DNA of 24,397 nucleotides from a virus (Duplodnaviria > Caudoviricetes). The notes below the pieces were generated by a model. That model had not been told where the DNA came from. It saw only the letters and a program-made list of their open reading frames with translations, and made no database searches. Of the stretch, positions 16,195 to 24,397 are shown in pieces. The DNA lies in the IMG/VR virus record IMGVR_UViG_3300020120_000117, positions 1 to 24,397 of that record. The stretch is one strand, 5' to 3'. The first letter of the stretch is position 1. The number at the start of each line of letters is the position of its first letter. A program made the position numbers and the translations under genes.

Positions 16195-17697
16195 TCACGC
16201 CATCCAACTATGCGGGTTACGTCGGCCCGCGGGCCTTCGTGGTGGCGGAGGAGGGGCGATCGGCGCTACGGGCTGGGCGAACGTAAGCGCCAGGCCGTCC
16301 GCATCGTCAGGCGAATCGAGGCCGCGTTTCTGCATCGACTCTTTGGCTTCGAGCACCAATCGGTCATTGCGATCGTGATGAAATTCGGGGCCCGCCAGGT
16401 CAGTTTCTAGCCGGGTATCCCTTTTGTCGATCGACCCTCCCGGCAGCCAGTCCCGCATCTTCATCCACATGTAGGCCCGCATGTTGGCGCAGCGGTTATC
16501 TGGAGCCGCAGCGCCGAAGCTGACTTCGAACACCTTGTCGTAGCCGAGCTGCCGGCAGCGATCGACTACCGGGCCGCCGAATCCCGAATCGACGAACGCG
16601 GCAGCCGGCTTCACGCCGGCATACGTGGTGGACATCACCTCCGTGAGCTTGGCCGCGATCCGCATCGAGTCGCGCGAGTCTTGCCCGCTAATCCGGACGG
16701 GCGGAATCGAGGCTGCGTCTCTTCCCCGGCGGAAGCGGAATACCGTGTTCGCCAGGCCGCCGCGGGCGACGTCGACGCCTACAATGAGCGGATCGTCGGG
16801 CATGTAGGCCGGTTCGCGATTCTGCGCGGCGAAGATGCGATCGCTATCGATGTACTGGAGGTCGGAGGCACGAGGAGCTACACCGCGAACACGCACGCGG
16901 AAGAAGTCGGAGTCCTCGCCGTAATCGTGCAGCCACTCGTCGATCAGGGCTTTGTTGGTGAACTTCGAAGTTCGGGAGTCGACGACGCGCGTATTCCAAC
17001 GGCCGCGCTCGCTGCCGAAAACGATACGGTGAAACTTTCCGCTGTTCCGCGTCGGGTTGCCCCACGCGAAAATCATCGGCTCACCGTCAGTCAGTCCGCC
17101 TTCGGCTACTTCCCAGATGGCGTCAGGAATGGCGCTCGCTTCGTCGAACAGATACCAGCTCGTCGAGTCGGCCGCGTGTTGTCCGGCGAAGGCCTCGCTA
17201 TTCTCTTCGCGGCACGTTTGCGCACTGACGAACCACGATTCCGGCCGCTCGACCGATCGAATCCACTCGCTACCGATTTCGAACCACTGAGCCGTGATGC
17301 AGAGCTTCGTCCATCGCTGGATGGCTGCCCATGTTTTGGTTTTGAGCTGGGTGAACTTGTTGGCGGTGATGGTGCCTTGTGAGTTCGGCCTGGTCGAGAG
17401 AATCCAGTCCGTGAGCCAGGCGGACATGGTGGACTTGCCGATGCCGTGGCCGCTCGATGCAGCTTCGCGGATCGGCTCTACCGCGTTCAGCCCGTCGAAA
17501 TTGCGGCGCCGGACTTCCTCACCCAGGTGCGCGAGGAACTCGGTTTGCCATTCGTCGGGCCCGGTGTGCTTCTCAAGCGCCGTGCCTTTCTCGCCCCACG
17601 GGTACGCCGCGAGCACGAAGCCCAGGGGGTCCGAGTAGAACTGGGCGATGAAATCGACAAGCTCGTCTTCACTGTGGAGGGGCAGGCTTGGGGTCAC
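16195..17697 (-). CDS. terL: Terminase large subunit (500 aa)
   Basis: Walker A SGHGIGKS, Walker B LFDEAS, GNPT coupling motif, nuclease GVDVARGG and SPDDAD. Confidence 0.95.
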   Translation of the reverse strand: MTPSLPLHSEDELVDFIAQFYSDPLGFVLAAYPWGEKGTALEKHTGPDEWQTEFLAHLGEEVRRRNFDGLNAVEPIREAASSGHGIGKSTMSAWLTDWILSTRPNSQGTITANKFTQLKTKTWAAIQRWTKLCITAQWFEIGSEWIRSVERPESWFVSAQTCREENSEAFAGQHAADSTSWYLFDEASAIPDAIWEVAEGGLTDGEPMIFAWGNPTRNSGKFHRIVFGSERGRWNTRVVDSRTSKFTNKALIDEWLHDYGEDSDFFRVRVRGVAPRASDLQYIDSDRIFAAQNREPAYMPDDPLIVGVDVARGGLANTVFRFRRGRDAASIPPVRISGQDSRDSMRIAAKLTEVMSTTYAGVKPAAAFVDSGFGGPVVDRCRQLGYDKVFEVSFGAAAPDNRCANMRAYMWMKMRDWLPGGSIDKRDTRLETDLAGPEFHHDRNDRLVLEAKESMQKRGLDSPDDADGLALTFAQPVAPIAPPPPPRRPAGRRNPHSWMA

Positions 17698-18178
17698 GGT
17701 TTTTCAGGCGCTCTCGCGCGGCTGCCATGCGTACGGCGATGTTGCCCGAGTGCTCGACCTTCACCTTGCGGCCGTACTTCTCGGGCAGCCTGGCTTCGAT
17801 GAGTTTCCAGAGGAGATCGTTCGCATACTCGCGGACACAGAGCGGGTCTTTGGCCAGCAGCGCTTTGCCCTGTTCGTCGCGCATGATCTCGCCGGCCTCG
17901 TTGCGGATCGGCTCATAGGTGAACATGCCCTGGAACACGACGGGCTTCAACGTGCCCCGCGTCGCGCGTTCGATGGCTTCGTCGACGAGCAAACCGGAAA
18001 GTTCGCGATCGGCCGCTTCAAACCGCGCGCGGTAATCCGTATCGGTGTCAAGCCATTCGTAATGCTGCCGGCGGGCGACGTCGGCCGCTTCACAGGCTTT
18101 GTTCACGCGGCCGGTTTCCCGGAATGCGGCGAGCACGGCATCTTGCCGCGCGCGCTTCATGGTCTCCTGGTGGGTCAT
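17669..18178 (-). CDS. terS: Terminase small subunit (169 aa)
   Basis: Start moved to ATG 18178 (ATGA overlap). HTH-like TGRVNKACEAADVARRQHYEW, EAIERA and PEKYG motifs. Directly upstream of terL. Confidence 0.85.
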   Translation of the reverse strand: MTHQETMKRARQDAVLAAFRETGRVNKACEAADVARRQHYEWLDTDTDYRARFEAADRELSGLLVDEAIERATRGTLKPVVFQGMFTYEPIRNEAGEIMRDEQGKALLAKDPLCVREYANDLLWKLIEARLPEKYGRKVKVEHSGNIAVRMAAARERLKNRDPKPAPPQ

Positions 18179-18480
18179 GAGAGGTCCCAAAGCAGCATCG
18201 AGGCGAGCGCCATTCCGAACGCGATCCACTTCCGCACGGTCATCGGCTCATGCAGAATCGCAGCTCCCACGAACGCGCAGAGCACCAGCGCCATCACAGA
18301 CCACAGGAGTCCGATATCCATCCAGCCACTGCGCCGATAAGCGAGCCATACCGGAATCGCGGAGCTTCCATACAGCCACACGCCGGCGAAAAGCCGCACA
18401 TCGGGGCCGGCGCTCGTCTTCAGGAGGTAATCGCCGGAAAGGGCAAAGGTCACTCCCCAAGCGATGAGGAGAAGAGTCAC
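18175..18480 (-). CDS. Four-TM SMR/DMT-like membrane protein (101 aa)
   Basis: Start moved to GTG 18480 (GTGA overlap, GGAGG RBS). Four hydrophobic segments, with WS in TM3 and the LHEPMTVRKW loop typical of SMR/EamA. Confidence 0.65.
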   Translation of the reverse strand: MTLLLIAWGVTFALSGDYLLKTSAGPDVRLFAGVWLYGSSAIPVWLAYRRSGWMDIGLLWSVMALVLCAFVGAAILHEPMTVRKWIAFGMALASMLLWDLS

Positions 18481-18674
18481 TGCAAACCCTCCCACGCCTT
18501 CTTCACGCGCTCCCACTGCTTCAAATCGATCACGCCGGCGCGCAGTTCTTCCACATAGTGGTTGTAGCGTTCCGCGAAGGCGTTCAGCTTCAGCTCGTCA
18601 ACCGGTGATGCCGGCGAAGTCGCGCGCGCGGCTGCGATGGCCAGAAAGCCAGAAAGACAGAAAGCGCGAATCAT
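18477..18674 (-). CDS. Small protein with possible signal peptide (65 aa)
   Basis: ATGA overlap. MIRAFCLSGFLAIAAARA leader followed by an amphipathic helical body. Confidence 0.6.
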   Translation of the reverse strand: MIRAFCLSGFLAIAAARATSPASPVDELKLNAFAERYNHYVEELRAGVIDLKQWERVKKAWEGLQ

Positions 18675-18931
18675 TTTTTGGCGTCGAGAATGGTTTTGAG
18701 CAACAGGAACAACCACCCGCCACATGCGAGCAACGCTGCAAGTAGCATGCTCATGAGCGTGTAGAGGATCTTGTCGAGCTTGTCTTCGAGCCTGGTGTAG
18801 GCCGCGGCATGAGAGGCTACCGTCTCTTTCACGTCTTCAATCGCGCGCTCTTGCACGGCGATCGCCGGGGCGTTCGGGCAGCAGTCGCTTTTCAGGGGGA
18901 AGGGGATGATTTTGGCGGCCATGGGTGTCAC
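18671..18931 (-). CDS. Coiled-coil plus single C-terminal TM protein (holin or XhlA-like architecture)
   Basis: RLEDKLDKI followed by about 25 hydrophobic residues and a KK end. The start could instead be ATG 18922. Confidence 0.6.
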   Translation of the reverse strand: MTPMAAKIIPFPLKSDCCPNAPAIAVQERAIEDVKETVASHAAAYTRLEDKLDKILYTLMSMLLAALLACGGWLFLLLKTILDAKK

Positions 18932-18936
18932 GCTTT

Positions 18937-19329
18937 TCAGTTATTGGTCTTAATGGGGAGTAGGAACGTGGTGACCTTGCGCGTTCCGGTGTGCTCTTCG
19001 TTGAGCAGCACGGCTTTTTCCGTCTCCGTGATGAGGCCCGATTTCACACAGGCGTCGAAGTGCTTCAAGGGGAAGCTGCAGCTCGCCAGGAACTCGCGCT
19101 GCCCGAGCGTCCGGAACAAACGCGGCATGCTGGTGATGGTGCGCTCGTTCGCGTTCTGCGATACCGAAGCACCGTAAACCTGCCCGTTGACGACTTGCTC
19201 GCCCGCCGGGGCCATCTCGCCGATTTTCGCCTCGAGGAACTTTACTCGATCGACGTCGGGCTTGATCGCCGCGAGCGTCGGAGCGAGTTTCACCTTCAGG
19301 GCTCCCAGCTCGTCGATTAGCTCTTGCAT
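18937..19329 (-). CDS. Hypothetical protein (130 aa)
   Basis: AGGAG RBS. Overlaps the LuxR gene end and has an N-terminal coiled coil. Confidence 0.7.
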   Translation of the reverse strand: MQELIDELGALKVKLAPTLAAIKPDVDRVKFLEAKIGEMAPAGEQVVNGQVYGASVSQNANERTITSMPRLFRTLGQREFLASCSFPLKHFDACVKSGLITETEKAVLLNEEHTGTRKVTTFLLPIKTNN

Positions 19330-19520
19330 GGAAGCTCCTGGAGCATCTGGCGAAATGCCGCGATCTCGATGGCTTTGTGGACGCCGAGTTTCTTGAAAAG
19401 GGACTTCCGATAGCCGCGCACGGTGTGAAAGCTCAGTGCGAGCTGCGAAGCGATTTGCTTGTCGGTTTTGGAGTCGGCGATGAGGAGGGCAACCTCCCTC
19501 TCGCGCGGGGTCAATCTCAC
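19317..19520 (-). CDS. Stand-alone LuxR/GerE-type HTH regulator (67 aa)
   Basis: LTPREREV..LIA...TDKQIA.QL.LS..TV..Y...L.KKLGV. Confidence 0.92.
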   Translation of the reverse strand: MRLTPREREVALLIADSKTDKQIASQLALSFHTVRGYRKSLFKKLGVHKAIEIAAFRQMLQELPCKS

Positions 19521-19535
19521 ACGGGATTTATCGGC
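19519..19535 (-). promoter_or_regulatory. Sigma28-like late promoter motif, copy GCCGATAAATCCCGTGT
   Basis: Exact GCCGATAA between the sigma stop and the LuxR GTG, with no SD. Confidence 0.72.
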
Positions 19536-19542
19536 AAGCCGA

Positions 19543-20148
19543 CTATGCGACGCGCTTCTGTTCGACCAGGCGTGCGCGTGCGAGCCCGATATCGATCACG
19601 TTGCGCGCTTCTCCTGTCGAGATTCCCAGACGTCCGGCGACGTCGCGCAAGGGCCGCTCTTCCATGAACCGCATTTGGAGGGCTTCGGCTTCGTGCGGCG
19701 GTAAGTGGTCTAAGATCGAGACCACACGGCAGCGGGTTTCCACCGCCTCCGCGGCCTCGGAAGCACGGTGATCCGGGATTTCGATCCGCTCCCCATTGCC
19801 TGTTTTCCCGTAAAAATGTGGCGAACGCTCCGGATGGGCATAGGTCCGGAACTCGAATGCATCCTCCACCGACGGGTTGGAATTTTCCCGGAGATGCCGG
19901 CGCCGGACCAGCTCGAGCATTTCGCCGCGGATCCGCCTCGAGGCGAAGGTCCGGAAGCTGGCGCCTGAACCGGGCCGGTACCGGCGGGCTGCCTGCACCA
20001 GGCCGATGTGGCCCGCGCCCTGGAAATCCTCCATGGAAACCTGGGGATGGGTGCGCCTGACGATGCGCGCGATCAATTCTACGAGGTCCGTGTTTTCTTC
20101 AACTTGCCTGTGGAACGACGATGCCGGGACGGACTCCCGGCGGGGCAT
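19543..20148 (-). CDS. RNA polymerase sigma factor, FliA/WhiG (sigma28)-like, compact
   Basis: Region 2 EDFQGAGHIGLVQAARRY.P..GASFRTFASRRIRGEMLE and region 4 LP..E..AL..RF.EE..L.DVA..LGIS. The start is uncertain (ATG 20148 chosen; the frame is open to 20244). Confidence 0.88.
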   Translation of the reverse strand: MPRRESVPASSFHRQVEENTDLVELIARIVRRTHPQVSMEDFQGAGHIGLVQAARRYRPGSGASFRTFASRRIRGEMLELVRRRHLRENSNPSVEDAFEFRTYAHPERSPHFYGKTGNGERIEIPDHRASEAAEAVETRCRVVSILDHLPPHEAEALQMRFMEERPLRDVAGRLGISTGEARNVIDIGLARARLVEQKRVA

Positions 20149-20643
20149 GACGATGACGCGACCCAAGTGGCCTCTCAGAAAAACTGTATTGAACTGCTGG
20201 TGAACACTGGTACTTACGGTACTGTTTTTCACACAGGAAAACAATACCCGCCCTTTGAGGTGGCCGTTTTTCCTATTCCAATAGAAAACCGCGTTCGCTT
20301 TTCATTCGATTGTCACTTGGGGGCCATAGAGGTACCCTGACTACCATCGGTCGAGGCCGAAACGAGCGTTTGATTTGGGTTTTGGAAGGGTTTGAAGGGA
20401 CCGGCCGTTCTGGTTGACCGGCCCCCGTTGCAATAGCGGACTCACTGAAAAGAAAGCGGGTAACCGCGAGGAAACCGCCTTCATGCGAAGGGTACCACAG
20501 GGACGGAACCATCGGAATCGGATTTCAACAGGCGGGAGGCGCGCCTGGTGAACCGGTCGATCCGCGGTTTTCTCACTCCGGCATTCAAATTCGGTACTTT
20601 TTCCGTTTTTCTATCGCTGGGATCGGTGTATCATTCGATCGAT

Positions 20644-20703
20644 GGAGGGCCGGCCCTTCCAACGCTAGCCTATGGCGTTGGGTTTCGGGGGGCCGGTTCC
20701 TCC
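20644..20703. other. Long imperfect hairpin downstream of the recombinase gene
   Basis: GGAGGGCCGGCC...GGCCGGTTCCTCC enclosing CCAACGC...GCGTTGG. Confidence 0.5.
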
Positions 20704-20748
20704 AACGCTCTACCCGAAACCGGAGCGGTGGTGAGCTGCCCCTCAACG

Positions 20749-21705
20749 TCACACCCCGAGCATCGAGACCGCACCCCGGAAACAGTCTTGCTTCCGGAAG
20801 TAGCGCCGGAGCACGTTCATGTCACGATGCCCGGTCTGGTGCGCGATCAACAAATCGCTGGCGCCACTTTCTCCGGCGGTCGTGACGAAGCCCGAGCGCA
20901 ACGAGTGCCCCGAGTAGAATTGGGGGTCGAGTCCGATTCTCTGGGCGCACTGCTTCACCACCAGGCCAATGCGTTCGGGGACGAGCGGCAACGCCTGCAA
21001 AGCTCCGGTAGACGCGAACCGCGTGAAGAGCGGCCCGGGGAAACCGCCGCGCCGCTCCATCCAGTCAGCGAGCGCGCCCACTGGGCAAGTTTCGATCGCG
21101 CTGCCCTTGGGCAATCCGATCATGCGGCCTCTTCCCTCCTGATCGTTTTTCTCCCGGTTGATTCTCAGCAAGCATCCCGGCTCACAGAACTCCACGTCGT
21201 TCACGTGGAGAGCCGCGAGATTCGCCGAGCGCAGGGCGCTCACGAAACCGGTGAGGATGATGGCGCGGTTGCGAATGGCGATTGGGGTTCCTTCGGCCGC
21301 AAGCGAGATCGCGATCGCGCGCACGTCGGCAAGTTGCAAGGGTCGCATGCGTCTCACTTGTTCGGTGCGCATTCGCTTCGCGCCGTGGATCAGTTGGCGC
21401 ACGTCGCGAGTGACTGGAGACTTGAGCGAGAGCGCGCGATGCATGTAGGCGACGGCCGCGACGCGACGAGTAGCGGTCGAGGTTTTCTTGCCATCACTCA
21501 ACATCGAGGTGGCGTAGAGCGAGACCGTTTCTTCCTCTGCCGGCAGCGCGCGCAGCTCCATGTCGAAGCACCATTTCTCGAAGTGCTTCCAGTCGTACTT
21601 GTAGCCTTGGCGCGTGTTGACGGCCAGGAGCGACTCAGTGAGTTTGGCCCGCTCGACATGGAGTTGTTCGAGACGGGCAGCGATTTCTGGGGAGGTGTCG
21701 AACAT
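20749..21705 (-). CDS. Tyrosine recombinase, Cre-like integrase/resolvase (318 aa)
   Basis: NT..GY..DW..F..WC N-terminal domain, catalytic R (ALRSA), K (EKNDQ), HSLR, H (QTGH) and Y (RRY). GGAG RBS. Confidence 0.92.
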   Translation of the reverse strand: MFDTSPEIAARLEQLHVERAKLTESLLAVNTRQGYKYDWKHFEKWCFDMELRALPAEEETVSLYATSMLSDGKKTSTATRRVAAVAYMHRALSLKSPVTRDVRQLIHGAKRMRTEQVRRMRPLQLADVRAIAISLAAEGTPIAIRNRAIILTGFVSALRSANLAALHVNDVEFCEPGCLLRINREKNDQEGRGRMIGLPKGSAIETCPVGALADWMERRGGFPGPLFTRFASTGALQALPLVPERIGLVVKQCAQRIGLDPQFYSGHSLRSGFVTTAGESGASDLLIAHQTGHRDMNVLRRYFRKQDCFRGAVSMLGV

Positions 21706-22046
21706 TCTCCGGATTGTGCCATCGATCGAGCAGAAACAATAGCTCTGCTTCGGTTATGGACAGCGGGAAAACGCGAGGGTTTCAGTACGCGTTGTAACGC
21801 GCGGACGAATCGGACACCAGGATTGTACCTCCCGGATGATGCCTTTCCCACAGAAAGGGGACCTCCACAAAGCCAGTTTTAGCTCGTGAGGCCGCAACAC
21901 TAGTCGCCAAACTTTACTGCGGCTGTAACGAGTGCAATCCGCGCATGGGAGGCCTGGATTCCATTCTCACATAAACCTCACCTTGCGTGGAAGCCCGTTT
22001 TTTCGCGGGTCTAACGATATTTCCAATTTTTGAAGGGTGAGGATTT

Positions 22047-23426
22047 ATGGCTACAGCCACAGTTAACCAAAACGGACAATCGACGAAAGCGAAGAAAGAC
22101 CCCTACGTAACGACGCCCCCGGGCCAAAAGCACCAGTGCGACAACAGCCACCCGGAATGCGTAGCCCTAGTGAAGCGGATGGGCAGCAAGCGAGGCTACA
22201 GCCCCATACCGCCAGACCAGCACCACTGGCAGAGCTTCGCCGGAGAGCCGCCGCTTTACCGCATCTGGGCCTGGCTCTGCGATCACACGCTTGCCTGGGG
22301 TCACCGGTGCGAGTACGCGGTCGACAAAAACGGCAACGAGCTGCACCTGGAGCACATCGCGGCCGAACTCGACATGGACATCGCGAACGTGTACCGCTAC
22401 TGGGACGAAGGCGCCAAGCGGGGAATCTGGAGGGGTGGAAAAAAGACCGAGGGGGAGCGCCGGCTTTTTCTATGCGGGAGCGTAGCCGAACCCGCGACGG
22501 AAGAAGCGAAGAAAAAAGTCTGCGCAGACAATTTCCCGCTTCACATCTGGAAGCAAATAAAGGACTGGCCCCCCGAAGAGCGCGATCAGTTCAAGGCTGA
22601 GCTGGAACGGGTCGACGAGGAATACAAACAGGCTCTTTCAGCAGTAACAGCAGGGCTCAGACACATACGTGCTCAGAAAGAGGATAGCGTATGTGACCGT
22701 CGGGGTGTCAAGAATAATCGACAGGAGCACAAGAAAGACGGCGAGAGCGACGAAGAGGCGGCCGCCCGGCGGGCCCGGTTCGAGCCGATCCTCCCCGCCC
22801 TTGAACAGTATGTGCAGACAATTGCGACTCCGCACACAGTCGAAAACGAGACTTTGCACAAAACCGAAAATGGCTCCGCACAAAGCCAAACCGACGACGC
22901 TACCTTATTGCCTGTATCCCCCATTAGCGGAGGCGAAGACAAAGCAGGCAGCTCGCTACTGGATACAGGCGCGCGGGGCTCAGCAGCCAAACCTTTCCAA
23001 CAAGGCAAGAAGTCCAAGTACCTACCCGCGGACGAATTGCCCGATTTCAAAAGCGCAGAAACCGTAGGAACCGAGTGGAAGGCCGCCTACGATCTCTTGT
23101 TTTCTGAAATCAAAAGAATGCAAGACAGCTTCCCGCACCAGGATTTCTCTAGCGAACGTTTGGATCCAAAGGACCGGTCCCACCAAATTTTGATCGCGCG
23201 GATTTTGAAGGCCCTGACCCCGCAGTTTGTCCTGCCGTTTCTCGTGCACTGCGGCGCAAAGTTCAGAGGGATCGGAAAAGGTGGCCTGGGCAAACTTCCG
23301 CCCCGCGCTCCAGGTTCCCCAAACGGTCCTCGTAAAGTGGGGCTGCTTTTGGAATGGGCAATTTCCTTCGGCCGCCAAAACGGGGTCCAGCAGTGGGGCG
23401 ATCACGCGGAGGCCACCAATGCCTGA
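22047..23426 (+). CDS. Large HTH-containing protein, possible replication initiator (459 aa)
   Basis: GAGG RBS. HTH-like LEHIAAELDMDIANVYRYW and a disordered linker. First gene of the divergent operon; function is inferred. Confidence 0.6.
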   Translation: MATATVNQNGQSTKAKKDPYVTTPPGQKHQCDNSHPECVALVKRMGSKRGYSPIPPDQHHWQSFAGEPPLYRIWAWLCDHTLAWGHRCEYAVDKNGNELHLEHIAAELDMDIANVYRYWDEGAKRGIWRGGKKTEGERRLFLCGSVAEPATEEAKKKVCADNFPLHIWKQIKDWPPEERDQFKAELERVDEEYKQALSAVTAGLRHIRAQKEDSVCDRRGVKNNRQEHKKDGESDEEAAARRARFEPILPALEQYVQTIATPHTVENETLHKTENGSAQSQTDDATLLPVSPISGGEDKAGSSLLDTGARGSAAKPFQQGKKSKYLPADELPDFKSAETVGTEWKAAYDLLFSEIKRMQDSFPHQDFSSERLDPKDRSHQILIARILKALTPQFVLPFLVHCGAKFRGIGKGGLGKLPPRAPGSPNGPRKVGLLLEWAISFGRQNGVQQWGDHAEATNA

Positions 23427-23586
23427 ACCAACTTTGAACCTGTACCAATACGCCATCGCCCGGGCTTACAAACAGTTGCTCGAAGCCGGAGAGGCGGAAA
23501 AGGCGATCGCGTTTGCGCGGCTGGTGCGGGAGAACGGGTTTTTGTGGCGGATGACTGAGGGGAAACCGGAAGGAGGCCAGGCATGA
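23419..23586 (+). CDS. Hypothetical protein (55 aa)
   Basis: GGAGG RBS before ATG 23419. Overlaps the upstream stop. Confidence 0.65.
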   Translation: MPEPTLNLYQYAIARAYKQLLEAGEAEKAIAFARLVRENGFLWRMTEGKPEGGQA

Positions 23587-23795
23587 AGTACCGAGCCATT
23601 TTGAACGATCCGGGAAATTCGACGATCGAACGCCCGAAGCAGATTTACGGGCAGGCGAAACCAGCGATTGACGAGTGGGCGGCCACGGTTTTACAGGGCG
23701 CCGTTTCAGACGACGCAACCGTGGAGATTTACGAGACGGTCGAGAAACGAATCGACACGATCGCCAAACCGAAGCCGGCGGAGGTTACGAAATGA
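23583..23795 (+). CDS. Hypothetical protein (70 aa)
   Basis: AGGAGG RBS and ATGA coupling. Confidence 0.75.
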   Translation: MKYRAILNDPGNSTIERPKQIYGQAKPAIDEWAATVLQGAVSDDATVEIYETVEKRIDTIAKPKPAEVTK

Positions 23796-24241
23796 CGCTC
23801 CAGGAAGCAGTGAAAGCCTTCGATCGAGTTCACCCGATCGATGACGACAAACTCACCATCGACGGCGAGCATGTGGGCATTCCCTACTGCTGTGATCTAC
23901 CGGTGGTGCTCGATACCAGGAGTGGAATATGCCGGATTTTCTGCGGGCAGTGCCGGCGGGAAATCGCGCGTGTCGTTCGCGTCCTGCCCCAGAAGTGCGA
24001 TGAGTCGCCTTGCCTAGACTGGGCGGTGACGACCTGGGGATCGAAAGGACCCTTCCGCGATCTCTATTCCGCCGACATCTTCGAGGCCCTTCGCCAGGCG
24101 GTGAAGCTGATTCGGGACTGGCACGGAATCAACATGCGAGACGATTCCGAGCGCCAGGCGTGGCAACTGTATGCCGCCCACGCCCCGGAGATGCGGCCGA
24201 TTATGCGGATCTTGCGAGGTGAGAACCGGAGGCCTCTATGA
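23792..24241 (+). CDS. Hypothetical protein with Cys cluster (149 aa)
   Basis: Start moved to ATG 23792 (GGAGG RBS, ATGA coupling). CC...CxxC present. Confidence 0.7.
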   Translation: MTLQEAVKAFDRVHPIDDDKLTIDGEHVGIPYCCDLPVVLDTRSGICRIFCGQCRREIARVVRVLPQKCDESPCLDWAVTTWGSKGPFRDLYSADIFEALRQAVKLIRDWHGINMRDDSERQAWQLYAAHAPEMRPIMRILRGENRRPL

Positions 24242-24397
24242 CCCGCAACGAAAACGAAATCCAGCGGGCGCACGACATCCTGGTCGCGGTTCTCCGAAAA
24301 GAGACGCCACCGATTCAGATCGATGCAATGGCGCTAAACGCACTCCACGTTGCCGCGGACACTCTGTGCTGGGTGCTTCACCACGATTACAACCCGG
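24238..24397 (+). CDS. Hypothetical protein, 5' part (MTRNENEIQRAHDILV...)
   Basis: GGAGG RBS and ATGA coupling. Open to the window end. Confidence 0.7.
   Translation, partial: MTRNENEIQRAHDILVAVLRKETPPIQIDAMALNALHVAADTLCWVLHHDYNP

Noticed and set aside
18333-18340. GCCGATAA on the plus strand
   Set aside because: Isolated 8-mer inside a CDS in the wrong orientation, without the ATC..GTGT extension.
20548-21882. 444-aa plus-strand ORF
   Set aside because: Antisense shadow of the recombinase gene.
1-24397. CRISPR array, tRNA, diversity-generating retroelement, and host assignment
   Set aside because: No repeat-spacer array, cloverleaf or reverse transcriptase was seen. The host cannot be determined from this window.

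Overview
The window is an internal segment of a GC-rich tailed phage or prophage with a P22-like (podovirus-type) head module. The minus strand carries a tightly coupled late operon. From right to left it reads: FliA/sigma28-like sigma factor, LuxR-type HTH, small membrane proteins, TerS, TerL, small and secreted-looking inserts, portal, scaffold, P22-type coat, a signal-peptide protein, four tandem paralogous head-tail adaptor (gp4-like) genes, a gp10-like tail hub, and beta-rich tail/virion proteins. A Cre-like tyrosine recombinase follows on the minus strand, then a divergent plus-strand early or replication operon. Four things stand out. (1) A four-copy 17-bp motif beginning with the sigma28 -10 element GCCGATAA sits directly on start codons, suggesting a phage sigma28 late regulon with leaderless mRNAs. 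(2) One copy precedes a three-hairpin RNA with anti-Shine-Dalgarno loops, one of which is a perfect 12-nt complement of the major capsid RBS. (3) The adaptor gene is quadruplicated, suggesting a stacked-ring neck. (4) Sec-type signal peptides occur on genes within the morphogenesis cluster. All family calls come from motif recognition and gene order by eye; no database searches were run. Several start codons were moved from the ORF track on the basis of coupling or RBS evidence.
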